From: a virus
Strand: one strand, 5' to 3'
Virus record (IMG/VR): IMGVR_UViG_3300027971_000046
Location: 1 to 64,000 of that record
Length of the DNA: 64,000 nucleotides
Each line of letters begins with the position of its first letter. The first letter of the stretch is position 1. A program made the translations under genes and the position numbers. This document shows, piece after piece, positions 45,754 to 54,443 of this stretch. Under the pieces are notes generated by a model. It saw nothing but the letters and a program-made list of their open reading frames with translations. It searched no databases and had not been told where the DNA came from.

Positions 45754-45954
45754 ATGGCAAAGCGAATCCTAGACCCCATAGACATTGAAGCCGAGCGGCA
45801 GGGCGCAGCAGTAGCCCGAGGACGGCAGCAGCAGTGCAAGCCGTTCGGTTTCAACAAGCGTACCCACAAGGAGCGCAAGGCGCGGCTAGACGGCGAGTTC
45901 CGTCAGCAGTGCCGTGTAGTGAAGAACAGCCTTTTTATTGTGGAGGCACAGTAA
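45754..45954 (+). CDS. hypothetical protein, leaderless
   Basis: TTGACA-16-TATACT-6 nt-ATG. Confidence 0.6.
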   Translation: MAKRILDPIDIEAERQGAAVARGRQQQCKPFGFNKRTHKERKARLDGEFRQQCRVVKNSLFIVEAQ

Positions 45955-46169
45955 TGCCCCGCATCTGCGACAACTGCAACACAGTGATTCCTCCTGCGCG
46001 TCTTGAGGCTCTGCCCCACACCACCACTTGCGTGGCGTGTTCGCGTGTCACCACATTCGTTGGGTTCATGGACTGGTCGCACAAGACCGCCCCTGAACTG
46101 GTCATGGTTGACAGTGCTGATTCAGAGAACCTGCGCCGCGCACGGCGCATTAGTGAACGATCACGATAA
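45954..46169 (+). CDS. TraR/DksA-type C4 zinc-finger protein
   Basis: CDNCNTVIPPARLEALPHTTTCVAC. Confidence 0.8.
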   Translation: MPRICDNCNTVIPPARLEALPHTTTCVACSRVTTFVGFMDWSHKTAPELVMVDSADSENLRRARRISERSR

Positions 46170-46241
46170 GCGGGTTTCGTATAGTGGCTATTACGCAGGT
46201 TTTCCAAACCTGACAGGAGAGTTCAATTCTCTCAATCCGCA
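46170..46241 (+). tRNA. tRNA-Gly(UCC)
   Basis: GCGGGTT/AATCCGC, CAGGT-TTTCCAA-ACCTG, GTTCAATTC. Confidence 0.85.
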
Positions 46242-46256
46242 TTAGGAGAAACACAC

Positions 46257-46496
46257 ATGAGCAAGCGAGAACTAAAGACCGACATGGATTTCTTCATCAC
46301 TATCAATCCACACTATCCTGACGAACCTGCCCTGCACATCAAGGGTGTGGACACGGCGGAACAGGTGGATACATACAGTATTGACGAGGTGGAAGACCTG
46401 ATTGACCGCCTCCATCTAGTGCTTGGTGAAATGGTTCACAAGCAGCAGATCATGGAGTTGTCCAAGACTCCCACTCTGTGGGACGGCATTGATTGA
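46257..46496 (+). CDS. hypothetical protein
   Basis: SD AGGAG. Confidence 0.6.
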   Translation: MSKRELKTDMDFFITINPHYPDEPALHIKGVDTAEQVDTYSIDEVEDLIDRLHLVLGEMVHKQQIMELSKTPTLWDGID

Positions 46497-46502
46497 CACA
46501 TC

Positions 46503-46575
46503 GCCTTGGTAACTCAGTTGGTAGAGTAAGAGACTTTTAATCTCTAAGTCGCGGGTTCGACCCCCGCCCAAGGCA
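46503..46575 (+). tRNA. tRNA-Lys(UUU)
   Basis: GCCTTGG/CCAAGGC, AGAGA-CTTTTAA-TCTCT, GTTCGACCC. Confidence 0.92.
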
Positions 46576-46594
46576 CGATACAAAGGAAACACAA

Positions 46595-47089
46595 ATGGCA
46601 AAGAAGAAGAACACAAAGAAGCCTGTCAGCAAACGCACAACTCGCGCCACTCTTGACGAACGCAACGAGCGTCTTGGCAAGACCGATGCGCCCAAGCCTC
46701 GCAAGCCCCGCACACAGAAGCCCAAGGTTGTCGTGACCACCGAACCCGCTATCAACACTGTTTGGCGCGAAGGAACCGCCGAAGAGTTCCTTGGCGAAAC
46801 GCAGACAGTTACCCCTCCTGCGGAAGAGGTTCGCCCGTACACGCATTCGTATATTTTCTCACCCCCCGTGGAATATACTAAAGTCAACAAGAATTTTATT
46901 GATTCCGCTTGGGAATGGATTAATTTCAAGTTGGATGATGCCAAGGTGTATTGGAAGAAGCACGACCCAATTACAGTGATTACGGATTTTTCATTTTCAC
47001 ATCCTATATTTTTTGCAATTGTGTTCAGTACCGCTGTACTGATCGTGGTGTTGGCATTCGGTATCGCCGCTCGTATTTTTGGATGGTGA
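46595..47089 (+). CDS. membrane protein with basic N-terminus
   Basis: K/R-rich N-terminus, C-terminal TM helix. Confidence 0.6.
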   Translation: MAKKKNTKKPVSKRTTRATLDERNERLGKTDAPKPRKPRTQKPKVVVTTEPAINTVWREGTAEEFLGETQTVTPPAEEVRPYTHSYIFSPPVEYTKVNKNFIDSAWEWINFKLDDAKVYWKKHDPITVITDFSFSHPIFFAIVFSTAVLIVVLAFGIAARIFGW

Positions 47090-47230
47090 TCCAAAACAAA
47101 TAATAGAAAACCGCTCGTAGGGGTTGACATACCCCACAGACCTGTTACAATCTACTCATCGAAACGCCGAAGGATGTTGGGCTGACATCCGAAGCGTAAA
47201 CTTCTGAAGCCCACTATTGGAGATATCGTA

Positions 47231-47506
47231 ATGGCTACTACCAAGATTTCGAACCGTCGTCGCGTCCTTAACTTCCTCGCATCGGGCAAGACCCTCACCT
47301 CCGCTCAGGCTGCAAGCAAGTTCGGTGTGAAGAACTTCCGCGCCATGATCAGCGACATTCGTTCGCAGGTTGAGGCGTTCGGCAACTGGGAAGTGACGCA
47401 GACCGTTCGCAACGGCGAGACTGTCTACGGCATGGAAGATACCCACGATGGTGATCGTGTGTACGGCTTCAAGCAGGACGGTTCGCGCTACATGATCAAC
47501 GCCTAA
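47231..47506 (+). CDS. winged helix-turn-helix protein
   Basis: VLNFLASGKTLTSAQAASKFGVKNFRAMISDIR; own promoter at 47124-47151. Confidence 0.75.
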   Translation: MATTKISNRRRVLNFLASGKTLTSAQAASKFGVKNFRAMISDIRSQVEAFGNWEVTQTVRNGETVYGMEDTHDGDRVYGFKQDGSRYMINA

Positions 47507-47598
47507 TTCGTTGATCTACTGACTGCCCTTGGGGTGGCTGCGACCGATTGGCGTAGTCACCCCTTTGGGTTTCTACACTCCATCAAAAAGGAAACAGC

Positions 47599-48000
47599 AT
47601 GATTCATTTTGGAAACAACAAGTCTTCGATTTTCGTTACTTACGCTGCTCTGTGTGTGGTTGGTTTTGCGGGTGTCACGCTTCTGTCCTTCACGGGCAAG
47701 AGCAATGACCTTGCGGCAGTGGTTGCGTTCTTTGCTTTCTACGGCTTCTTCTGCACTACTTCTGTGTTCTATGTGCTTGGTAAGCAGAAGGCGTGGATGG
47801 AAGCAATCAACACTAGTGTGGATCGTTCGCATGACAGACTGAACGAGTGCATGAACGATGTGTATCGTCAGATGTCAGAAGAGTCTCGCGCTCTGAACGA
47901 TACGATGCACAGCACCACGGACGACCTGTGGCGCGAGGTTGGTCGCATTGGCGACAAGGTTGAAGACTGCTGCGAGAGCAGCAAGTACTGCAAGAAGTAA
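47599..48000 (+). CDS. two-TM membrane protein with coiled-coil tail
   Basis: Hydropathy pattern. Confidence 0.6.
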   Translation: MIHFGNNKSSIFVTYAALCVVGFAGVTLLSFTGKSNDLAAVVAFFAFYGFFCTTSVFYVLGKQKAWMEAINTSVDRSHDRLNECMNDVYRQMSEESRALNDTMHSTTDDLWREVGRIGDKVEDCCESSKYCKK

Positions 48001-48050
48001 ATACACTCTAGCAATTGGTGGGTGAAACATCCCCCCAATTGTTTTTCACT

Positions 48051-48491
48051 ATGAACGCAAAGCGAATTCAAAGACTCCTTGGGATCGCGTATCCCCTGTG
48101 CTTGGACAATCCCCGTCCCAAGAAGCACATTTCAATTATTCTCCGCAAGGGGTCGGTTGAAGCCATTGGGTCTAATGTAATGAAGACCCATCCAATGGCA
48201 GTGCAGCACGGCTACCTGTTCGGGGAAATGCACTCTGAATTGGATGCATTTTTGAAAGTCAATACTGCTGCCAAGCGCGGTCTAGTCCTGTTTAATGTGC
48301 GGTTCAACCGCTTTGGGCAGATGCGTATGGCGCGTCCGTGTGTGCGCTGTATGCCGTGGTGCGTGGGCTGTTTTGACGAGATTTGGTACACCACGGACGC
48401 AGGGGTAATGCTGCACGGTGAGGGGTTGACTCCTATAAATATAGGGATACCCAAGGAGAAACTGCATGAAAAAGTTCACCCAATATCTTGA
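48051..48491 (+). CDS. cytidine/dCMP deaminase-superfamily protein
   Basis: KTHP...MHSELDA...MARPCVRC. Confidence 0.75.
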   Translation: MNAKRIQRLLGIAYPLCLDNPRPKKHISIILRKGSVEAIGSNVMKTHPMAVQHGYLFGEMHSELDAFLKVNTAAKRGLVLFNVRFNRFGQMRMARPCVRCMPWCVGCFDEIWYTTDAGVMLHGEGLTPINIGIPKEKLHEKVHPIS

Positions 48492-49317
48492 TTCGGCTGC
48501 ACTAAACGAAGCACTGTCCCGTAAGGACACGGACGAGGTTCCACTCGTTGAGTCCAAACTGTCTCGTGTATTTCAGTACATTGAAGACGACAAGCGCGAC
48601 TTTGGAATTATGAGTGCATTCCGTGGAGCCAACTCCGACAAGGAGAACAAGGCAAAGCACGAAGAACTCAAGCAGATGGTGCGTGGCATGGGCTACGGCT
48701 TCATTGAACTGCGTGGTGGTTACAAGGGCGATGAAGGCTTCAATGAAGAATTGAGTCTGCTTATTCCGAACATCACCAAGAAGGAAATTGTTGCGCTTGG
48801 TCGCAAGTTTGCACAGCACTCCGTGATGTACAAGAATGACGAGGACTTTTACTATATCGGCACAAACGAAGAAGCAGGTGTAGGCAAGGTTCTTATGAAG
48901 TTCAAGAAGGGCGAAGGACAGCACAATCTGGAACTCGCCAAGCACAAGGTTGTGGATTTCTTCTCGCAACTTCGCAAGGGCGCACACAACGACAAGAAGT
49001 TCGTGTTTAATGCCAAGGATGAGACTCCTGCCCAAACCGCTCAAGCAGCACAGACAGACAAGGCTGCTGCTGCGCGTCACCGTCCAGGTGATGTGTGGAA
49101 GACCTCTAGCGGCTTGTGGGGCGGCATGGACGCATCAGGCAACTACGAGTACTTTGACGACAAGGAAAGCGCACAGAAGTACGCCAAGAAGCACCGCGCA
49201 GGATACAAGATCCAAGAGCGCGAGGAGTGGGGATTCAACAAGGCTGCATATCTTCGTCGTGGCGAACAACCCAAGTGGATCACGATTTATGAAGATTCTA
49301 CCGAGGAAAATGCCTAA
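48466..49317 (+). CDS. putative internal head protein (DUF3293-like core plus shared module)
   Basis: MKKFTQYL..LNEA; GIMSAFRG...GYGF...EELSLLI...LGRKFAQHSV; TATAAATA upstream. Confidence 0.65.
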   Translation: MKKFTQYLDSAALNEALSRKDTDEVPLVESKLSRVFQYIEDDKRDFGIMSAFRGANSDKENKAKHEELKQMVRGMGYGFIELRGGYKGDEGFNEELSLLIPNITKKEIVALGRKFAQHSVMYKNDEDFYYIGTNEEAGVGKVLMKFKKGEGQHNLELAKHKVVDFFSQLRKGAHNDKKFVFNAKDETPAQTAQAAQTDKAAAARHRPGDVWKTSSGLWGGMDASGNYEYFDDKESAQKYAKKHRAGYKIQEREEWGFNKAAYLRRGEQPKWITIYEDSTEENA

Positions 49318-49519
49318 ATAAGTTTGGAGGGCAAATGCCTAAAAACACAAATTCCAAGCAAGCATTGAAGAATTCATTGCTGCGGAGTGCAATTGATAAA
49401 TTGCGCCGTGAGGCTGTTGGACGGATAAAAGCAAACAGCAAATCAAATAAACGATCATCGTGATCGTGTATTGACACCGCCTGTGGTTTTGCTACAATAG
49501 TAACTGAAAGGAGTTCATA

Positions 49520-49966
49520 ATGAACTTTAAGACACTGGTTTCTTCGCTCGTGGTTTCTCTCTCGCTCACTGCTGCTGCCTCGGCGCAGTGGTCTAACAGT
49601 GGTACTGGCATCAACATCGGCGTTGGTGGTTCCTACGGAAAGTACAAGGTTAACGAGACTGGTCCGAACGGACGGACCTACAGCCGCACAGTCACGAACA
49701 ACGATCTGCGTTGGGGTGTTGGTGTGGGTAGTTACTCCAACACCAACAACGGCTACTACGGTGGCGGCTACGGTGGTGGATACGGTTACGGTGGCGGCTG
49801 CTATGGTGGTGCGGTCTACGCTCCTACTGTCATGCCGTACTACGGTGGTTGCGTGACTCCTGTGGTGGTTCCGTACTCGCCCTTCACGGGCTGCTACGGC
49901 AATCCGTACTACGCTCCGCAGGTGATCGCTCCTGCCGCATACTGCCCGCAGTTCATTGTTCGCTAA
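49520..49966 (+). CDS. secreted Gly/Tyr/Pro-rich protein
   Basis: Signal peptide AASA-QW; YGGG repeats; TTGACA...TACAAT promoter upstream. Confidence 0.7.
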   Translation: MNFKTLVSSLVVSLSLTAAASAQWSNSGTGINIGVGGSYGKYKVNETGPNGRTYSRTVTNNDLRWGVGVGSYSNTNNGYYGGGYGGGYGYGGGCYGGAVYAPTVMPYYGGCVTPVVVPYSPFTGCYGNPYYAPQVIAPAAYCPQFIVR

Positions 49967-50009
49967 AGGTTAACAGAATGGTTAATTAAACTCGTTTATA
50001 TTGTTAATT

Positions 50010-50198
50010 GCCTATCCCTTCCTGCACCGATGATCACGGTCGGCTGATCTCCATCAAACGCAGGATAAAGACTTTGTTTCGTCAAAGGAACGCAAGAGAA
50101 GATCGGGCTTCTTGCAACGGTGGCTTCAGAGTACCGTGGCACAACGCACTCATCTGAAAATGGTTTGGCGGCTCCATTCAAAAGCCGCCGCTTTTTTT
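50010..50198 (+). ncRNA. candidate structured RNA upstream of tRNA-Glu
   Basis: Series of hairpins, possible pseudoknot, terminator-like end. Confidence 0.35.
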
Positions 50199-50271
50199 GG
50201 TCCTGTCGTCTAGTTGGCTAGGATACCGCCCTTTCACGGCGAGAACACGGGTTCAAATCCCGTCAGGATCA
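50199..50271 (+). tRNA. tRNA-Glu(UUC)
   Basis: GGTCCTG/CAGGATC, CGCC-CTTTCAC-GGCG, GTTCAAATC. Confidence 0.9.
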
Positions 50272-50314
50272 CTGTTAAAAACCTGTTCAAGCACAGCACA
50301 AATGAACATAGGGT

Positions 50315-50512
50315 ATGGAAACACTAGCAATACTTCTCTACGGGATCGGGGCTGTAGCCGCCTTTACAGCGGCTGCGCTAAAAATTCACGCACACGGATA
50401 CGCCGCAGGGTATGAAGACGGCAAGAAGTACGGTTTCGCTGATGGGCTGAATCGGGCAAAGGTAACGATGACCAAGGGACAGCCACAAAAGCGGGAGACT
50501 GTGGGAGCCTAA
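50315..50512 (+). CDS. small membrane protein
   Basis: N-terminal TM helix plus GYxxG repeats. Confidence 0.55.
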   Translation: METLAILLYGIGAVAAFTAAALKIHAHGYAAGYEDGKKYGFADGLNRAKVTMTKGQPQKRETVGA

Positions 50513-50531
50513 ATACGAATTGGAGGCTTCT

Positions 50532-50906
50532 ATGATTATTCCAAAACTGCTTGGTCTGCAAAATCAAATTCGCGTACTGCACTGGCAAACCGAGTCGTAT
50601 GCCGAACACAAGGCTCTAGGAAAGGCTTACGAGTCCCTTGACGGACTTGTGGACTCGTTCGTGGAGACTTACTTTGGCGCACACGGACGGCACAGCGCGG
50701 TTCCTGGTGAGGGCACTACCCGCGCACCCATTGAGGTTGTGGACTACGGTGATGCCAAGCCCCTTCCCGTGATTGAAGACGGTATCGTGTTCCTCAAGTC
50801 AGAGGTTCCTGATTATGTGGACGAGACGGATACGGATCTGCTCAACATCCGCGATGAGATGCTTGCGGTACTGAACCACACCAAGTATCTACTCACGCTA
50901 AAGTAA
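50532..50906 (+). CDS. ferritin/Dps-like four-helix protein (DUF5856-like)
   Basis: LHWQTESYAEHKALG..Y...DSFVE...DLLNIRDEM...YLLTL. Confidence 0.8.
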   Translation: MIIPKLLGLQNQIRVLHWQTESYAEHKALGKAYESLDGLVDSFVETYFGAHGRHSAVPGEGTTRAPIEVVDYGDAKPLPVIEDGIVFLKSEVPDYVDETDTDLLNIRDEMLAVLNHTKYLLTLK

Positions 50907-52313
50907 TCACACCAACAGCAAATCAGCAGTCAGGTTCGGTCTGTTCATCACCGTATACAGGTTGGTGTTCAGACCGATTCTGTTTTCCGATATTGCTGTC
51001 TCATTCAGGTACACACGAACGCGGCTCTGCTTCAGGGTTTCATCGGAAGTAAATTTCACAGTGAATGAGTGTGCGTTTGATGCGGCAGTTCCTGCGCGGT
51101 AATTCACCAACAGGGTTTCGTCCGCCACTAGGGCTGCAACCGCTGCCTTTGTCTGCGTGTCAGGCGATGTGATTTCCAGAATATTGGTTCCCGTGGGAAT
51201 AGTTGAAGTGCCGCTGAACTCTGCGGTAGTGTAGTACTCCGTGATTGCGCCAAGCGAAATGCCTGTGACCACAAGGGGTGATCCTGTGTCGCTGCTTACA
51301 CGATCCACTAGTGTGCAGGTCACGCTGCCAAGCACCACGCCTTGTTCGGTGTCAGGCGAGAAGAAAGTGAATGTAGTGCCTGTGTTTGTGGCAGCACCAA
51401 ATGAATTCCACTGCTGTACTGCGGTGGGGCTTTCGTCTGCAAGCGATACGGTGGTGTTGGAGCCAATGGTAACGAGTACGCGAATGCCTTCAGTGTTCAC
51501 GGAATTGGTGTCACCGCCTGCAAGGAACTTGCAGTTCTGTAGACTGCCGCCGCCGATGGGTGTGTTCTCGCTTTCCCATGAATAAAATTGCGTGACACTG
51601 GAGGAGTTTTCTTCCCCTTGAATCATTACAGCCAGCCGAGTGCTGCCGCGAGCGTCCCAAATATTCAAGAACGGAGTCAGGTCAAACGAAACCGTTGAGC
51701 CGTTCCATGCACCCTTGGGCATTATTTCAGATGCCGCAGGTTCGGTGTCGCCGCCTTGAACCGTCCACCCCGTGGCAGCGGCTTCGGATGGCTTGTACCA
51801 CGACACCGAGTAGTCCACGGCTGTGTCTAGGGGCAGCAGCACGGCTTTCAGCAGCCCACCAGTGGCTCCAGACGAGCGCGTCATGCTCAGCGTGGCATTT
51901 GCTACGGTGTATGCACTGCCTGCGGTGTAGCCTTCAAGGGTATCTACCGCTGCCGCAAAATATTGGCGTGGATTCAACAGGATGACTGTTCTGAATTTCT
52001 CAAGAGCAGTGCCGCCTACTTTCAGATAGTTGCGGGCGCGATACAGCAGGTTGCCGCTGTCCCCACCTGTGTAGTACGGAACCTCTACGGCGGCTTCGTC
52101 TCCCACCGCTGCGGTTGCTTCTCCAATATCACTCAACTGAATAAACTTGGATGATACTCTTTCAAAAACAGGAACCGTGGTTACTGCGCTTTTGTTTGTG
52201 ATATAGGTGTCGCTGTTTCCGTCTGCGCCGTATACCGTAGCCTTCACGGTTGGTGTTATATCGTGAACCAGCCGCGAATGGTAGTAGTTGTTGCGATAAC
52301 TGGAATGCAGCAT
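50907..52313 (-). CDS. putative virion structural protein
   Basis: Thr/Ser/Gly-rich beta composition; downstream of a similar gene. Confidence 0.6.
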   Translation of the reverse strand: MLHSSYRNNYYHSRLVHDITPTVKATVYGADGNSDTYITNKSAVTTVPVFERVSSKFIQLSDIGEATAAVGDEAAVEVPYYTGGDSGNLLYRARNYLKVGGTALEKFRTVILLNPRQYFAAAVDTLEGYTAGSAYTVANATLSMTRSSGATGGLLKAVLLPLDTAVDYSVSWYKPSEAAATGWTVQGGDTEPAASEIMPKGAWNGSTVSFDLTPFLNIWDARGSTRLAVMIQGEENSSSVTQFYSWESENTPIGGGSLQNCKFLAGGDTNSVNTEGIRVLVTIGSNTTVSLADESPTAVQQWNSFGAATNTGTTFTFFSPDTEQGVVLGSVTCTLVDRVSSDTGSPLVVTGISLGAITEYYTTAEFSGTSTIPTGTNILEITSPDTQTKAAVAALVADETLLVNYRAGTAASNAHSFTVKFTSDETLKQSRVRVYLNETAISENRIGLNTNLYTVMNRPNLTADLLLV

Positions 52314-52323
52314 GATGTCCCTA

Positions 52324-54036
52324 TCAGGAAGCGTAGAACGAGAAGGTGATTCCTGTGCCTGTGTTGTGCGGAGCAAATCCTGCCGAGTAAGGCGGGTAGA
52401 ACACCTTGATCTTGTCGATGTTGTCCACTTCAAGGAACAGTTCGTCGCCGTGATACATTGTGAAAGATGCAGTTCCTGCGGTTGATCCATAATTTCCTGC
52501 ATCATCTTCAGAAATCACGCACATGAGTTCGTTCTGCGATGCGTTTGTGCCTGTGGCAATACGCGATACCTTGATGCGAACACCTGTGGCGCAAGTGTAT
52601 CCTGCCGCAGAGTTGTACTCTGTGAGATTCTTTGGAGAATAGCCTACTGTATTCGTGCGTGCGATGAACGAAGGCTGTGTTGCATAGGAGTCAATAGCAA
52701 CGCTGATGGAGCCGCTAGACACCGTATTAGCAAGAGTCTGTAGTTGTGTGTTTACAGCATTCTTGATTAGCGAGTAGATGGAAAGCGAATCGGTGAAGTC
52801 AAATGCGCCCACGCTTACAGTCGGATCGTACAGAGCCTTCTTCGTGGCAATCAAGAAGTCGGTGTTTGTTTTGACCTGACCAATGGTGGCATTCATCGTG
52901 GATGTTGGAGTATCAAGTTTTGCCAATTCAATTGGCATGAATCCACCTGAATAGCCCTTGACAATCACAGGTCCGTTGGCTGTGTCTCCTGCAACCCAAA
53001 GTCCTTGTATTGCACTAGTTGTTCCTGTGACTGGAATTGGTGCATAGGATGGAGCAGTAATACCAATTTGTGCGCTGAATGTGGCGTAAGCATTGAAAGA
53101 GAACCCCGAGTTGACGAGGTATACATTTACTGCCGAGCCGCACCATCCTGCGCCTGTTGTGCCACCCACTTGCGTGAGTGTGCCAGCGGGTCCAACGGCG
53201 GTATTTTGATAAACAGGAATCGTAGCCTTGGACTTATTGTCTGTTGCGCCCTGACCCACAATCGTAACCGTGTCAATAGTGTAGTCAAGGTTACGAATAT
53301 CAAGATCCGCAGCAGACACCGTGATGCCCGCTGAAGTCTTGATGTTTACATTCAGTGCATTGGATTCCGCGTAGATGGCAGCAACACCTGTTCCCGTGAA
53401 TCCGAATAGTCCTGTGGACACGGTGGAAGCAGTTCCGCCGCCGTAAACGGTGATGTTGTCTGTGGCTGCGGTGATGCCGCGAATGCTGAAGTTCGAAGCC
53501 TGCACATACACAGCCGTTGCGCCAGTGACTCCGAATATGCCTAGATTGGAGAAAGACGAAACCGTTACAGGCAGTGCGGCACTAACAGTGATCCCGATGG
53601 GGTATCCGCTGGCAATTCCTTGAATACCCACATAGTCTATTCCAGTGGTACTGCCGAGAGTGTCTCCACCGTACAGGTTTCGAATGCTGAAACTGCTACC
53701 CGCAACATTCAGAGTTCCAACCGTAATACCTACGGCGACTCCTCCTGATACACCCACAACAGTGAGAGATGTTCCTGTAATTCCTACAATAGTTGTGGCT
53801 AGGCTGTAGTAGCCTGATGGAGCAAGATATTCGTACTTGGTCCACGAGCCGCACAGACCCACTGGCAGGGGCGCAGAGGCATTTACATATGTTACTGTGT
53901 CGTTTGCACCATACGCGATCTTGACAATCTGATGATGTGCAGTTTCTCCTGCACCTACAGGCTTGACATAATCGCTGGCTATGGTATAAGTAGTACCACT
54001 GGTAACTATCGTGTAGTTGTCGCTGGTCGCTGCCAT
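52324..54036 (-). CDS. putative virion structural/fibre protein
   Basis: AHHQIVKIAYG..V....PLPV motif; Gly/Thr-rich repeats. Confidence 0.65.
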   Translation of the reverse strand: MAATSDNYTIVTSGTTYTIASDYVKPVGAGETAHHQIVKIAYGANDTVTYVNASAPLPVGLCGSWTKYEYLAPSGYYSLATTIVGITGTSLTVVGVSGGVAVGITVGTLNVAGSSFSIRNLYGGDTLGSTTGIDYVGIQGIASGYPIGITVSAALPVTVSSFSNLGIFGVTGATAVYVQASNFSIRGITAATDNITVYGGGTASTVSTGLFGFTGTGVAAIYAESNALNVNIKTSAGITVSAADLDIRNLDYTIDTVTIVGQGATDNKSKATIPVYQNTAVGPAGTLTQVGGTTGAGWCGSAVNVYLVNSGFSFNAYATFSAQIGITAPSYAPIPVTGTTSAIQGLWVAGDTANGPVIVKGYSGGFMPIELAKLDTPTSTMNATIGQVKTNTDFLIATKKALYDPTVSVGAFDFTDSLSIYSLIKNAVNTQLQTLANTVSSGSISVAIDSYATQPSFIARTNTVGYSPKNLTEYNSAAGYTCATGVRIKVSRIATGTNASQNELMCVISEDDAGNYGSTAGTASFTMYHGDELFLEVDNIDKIKVFYPPYSAGFAPHNTGTGITFSFYAS

Positions 54037-54123
54037 TTGCTTCTCCGCTTTTGCAGTGTCGTGGGCAAGTCAAGGACTAAATAAGAGTACCCTTCTATGT
54101 ATATTTCCGAAAGTAAACCTGTC

Positions 54124-54339
54124 ATGGACATCAACAACATCCGTTTCCCCCGTGAAGTAGAAAATCATGTAAAGGTATACGAGGTTTCGTATATTGACGC
54201 AGTGCTTGCTGTGTGCGAACAGTTTGGAATAGAGCCGCAAGTCGCCGCCAAGTTCTTGAGTAAGCCGATTATTGAAAAAATCAAGGCTGAAGGACAAGAA
54301 CTGAATCTGCTTCCGAAAAAGTCAAAACTACCTGTTTGA
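54124..54339 (+). CDS. gp33: late-transcription coactivator (T4 gp33-like)
   Basis: SYIDAV..CE...IEP..AKFLSKPIIEKIKAEG..LNLL; adjacent to gp32. Confidence 0.85.
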   Translation: MDINNIRFPREVENHVKVYEVSYIDAVLAVCEQFGIEPQVAAKFLSKPIIEKIKAEGQELNLLPKKSKLPV

Positions 54340-54443
54340 CCTTGACACACTGCTATTGTGTGGTACTATCCATACATAGTTGTGGCTGATTTCTACATCA
54401 CACACATTAACACACACAGTACAAATAGTACAAGGAGACACGC

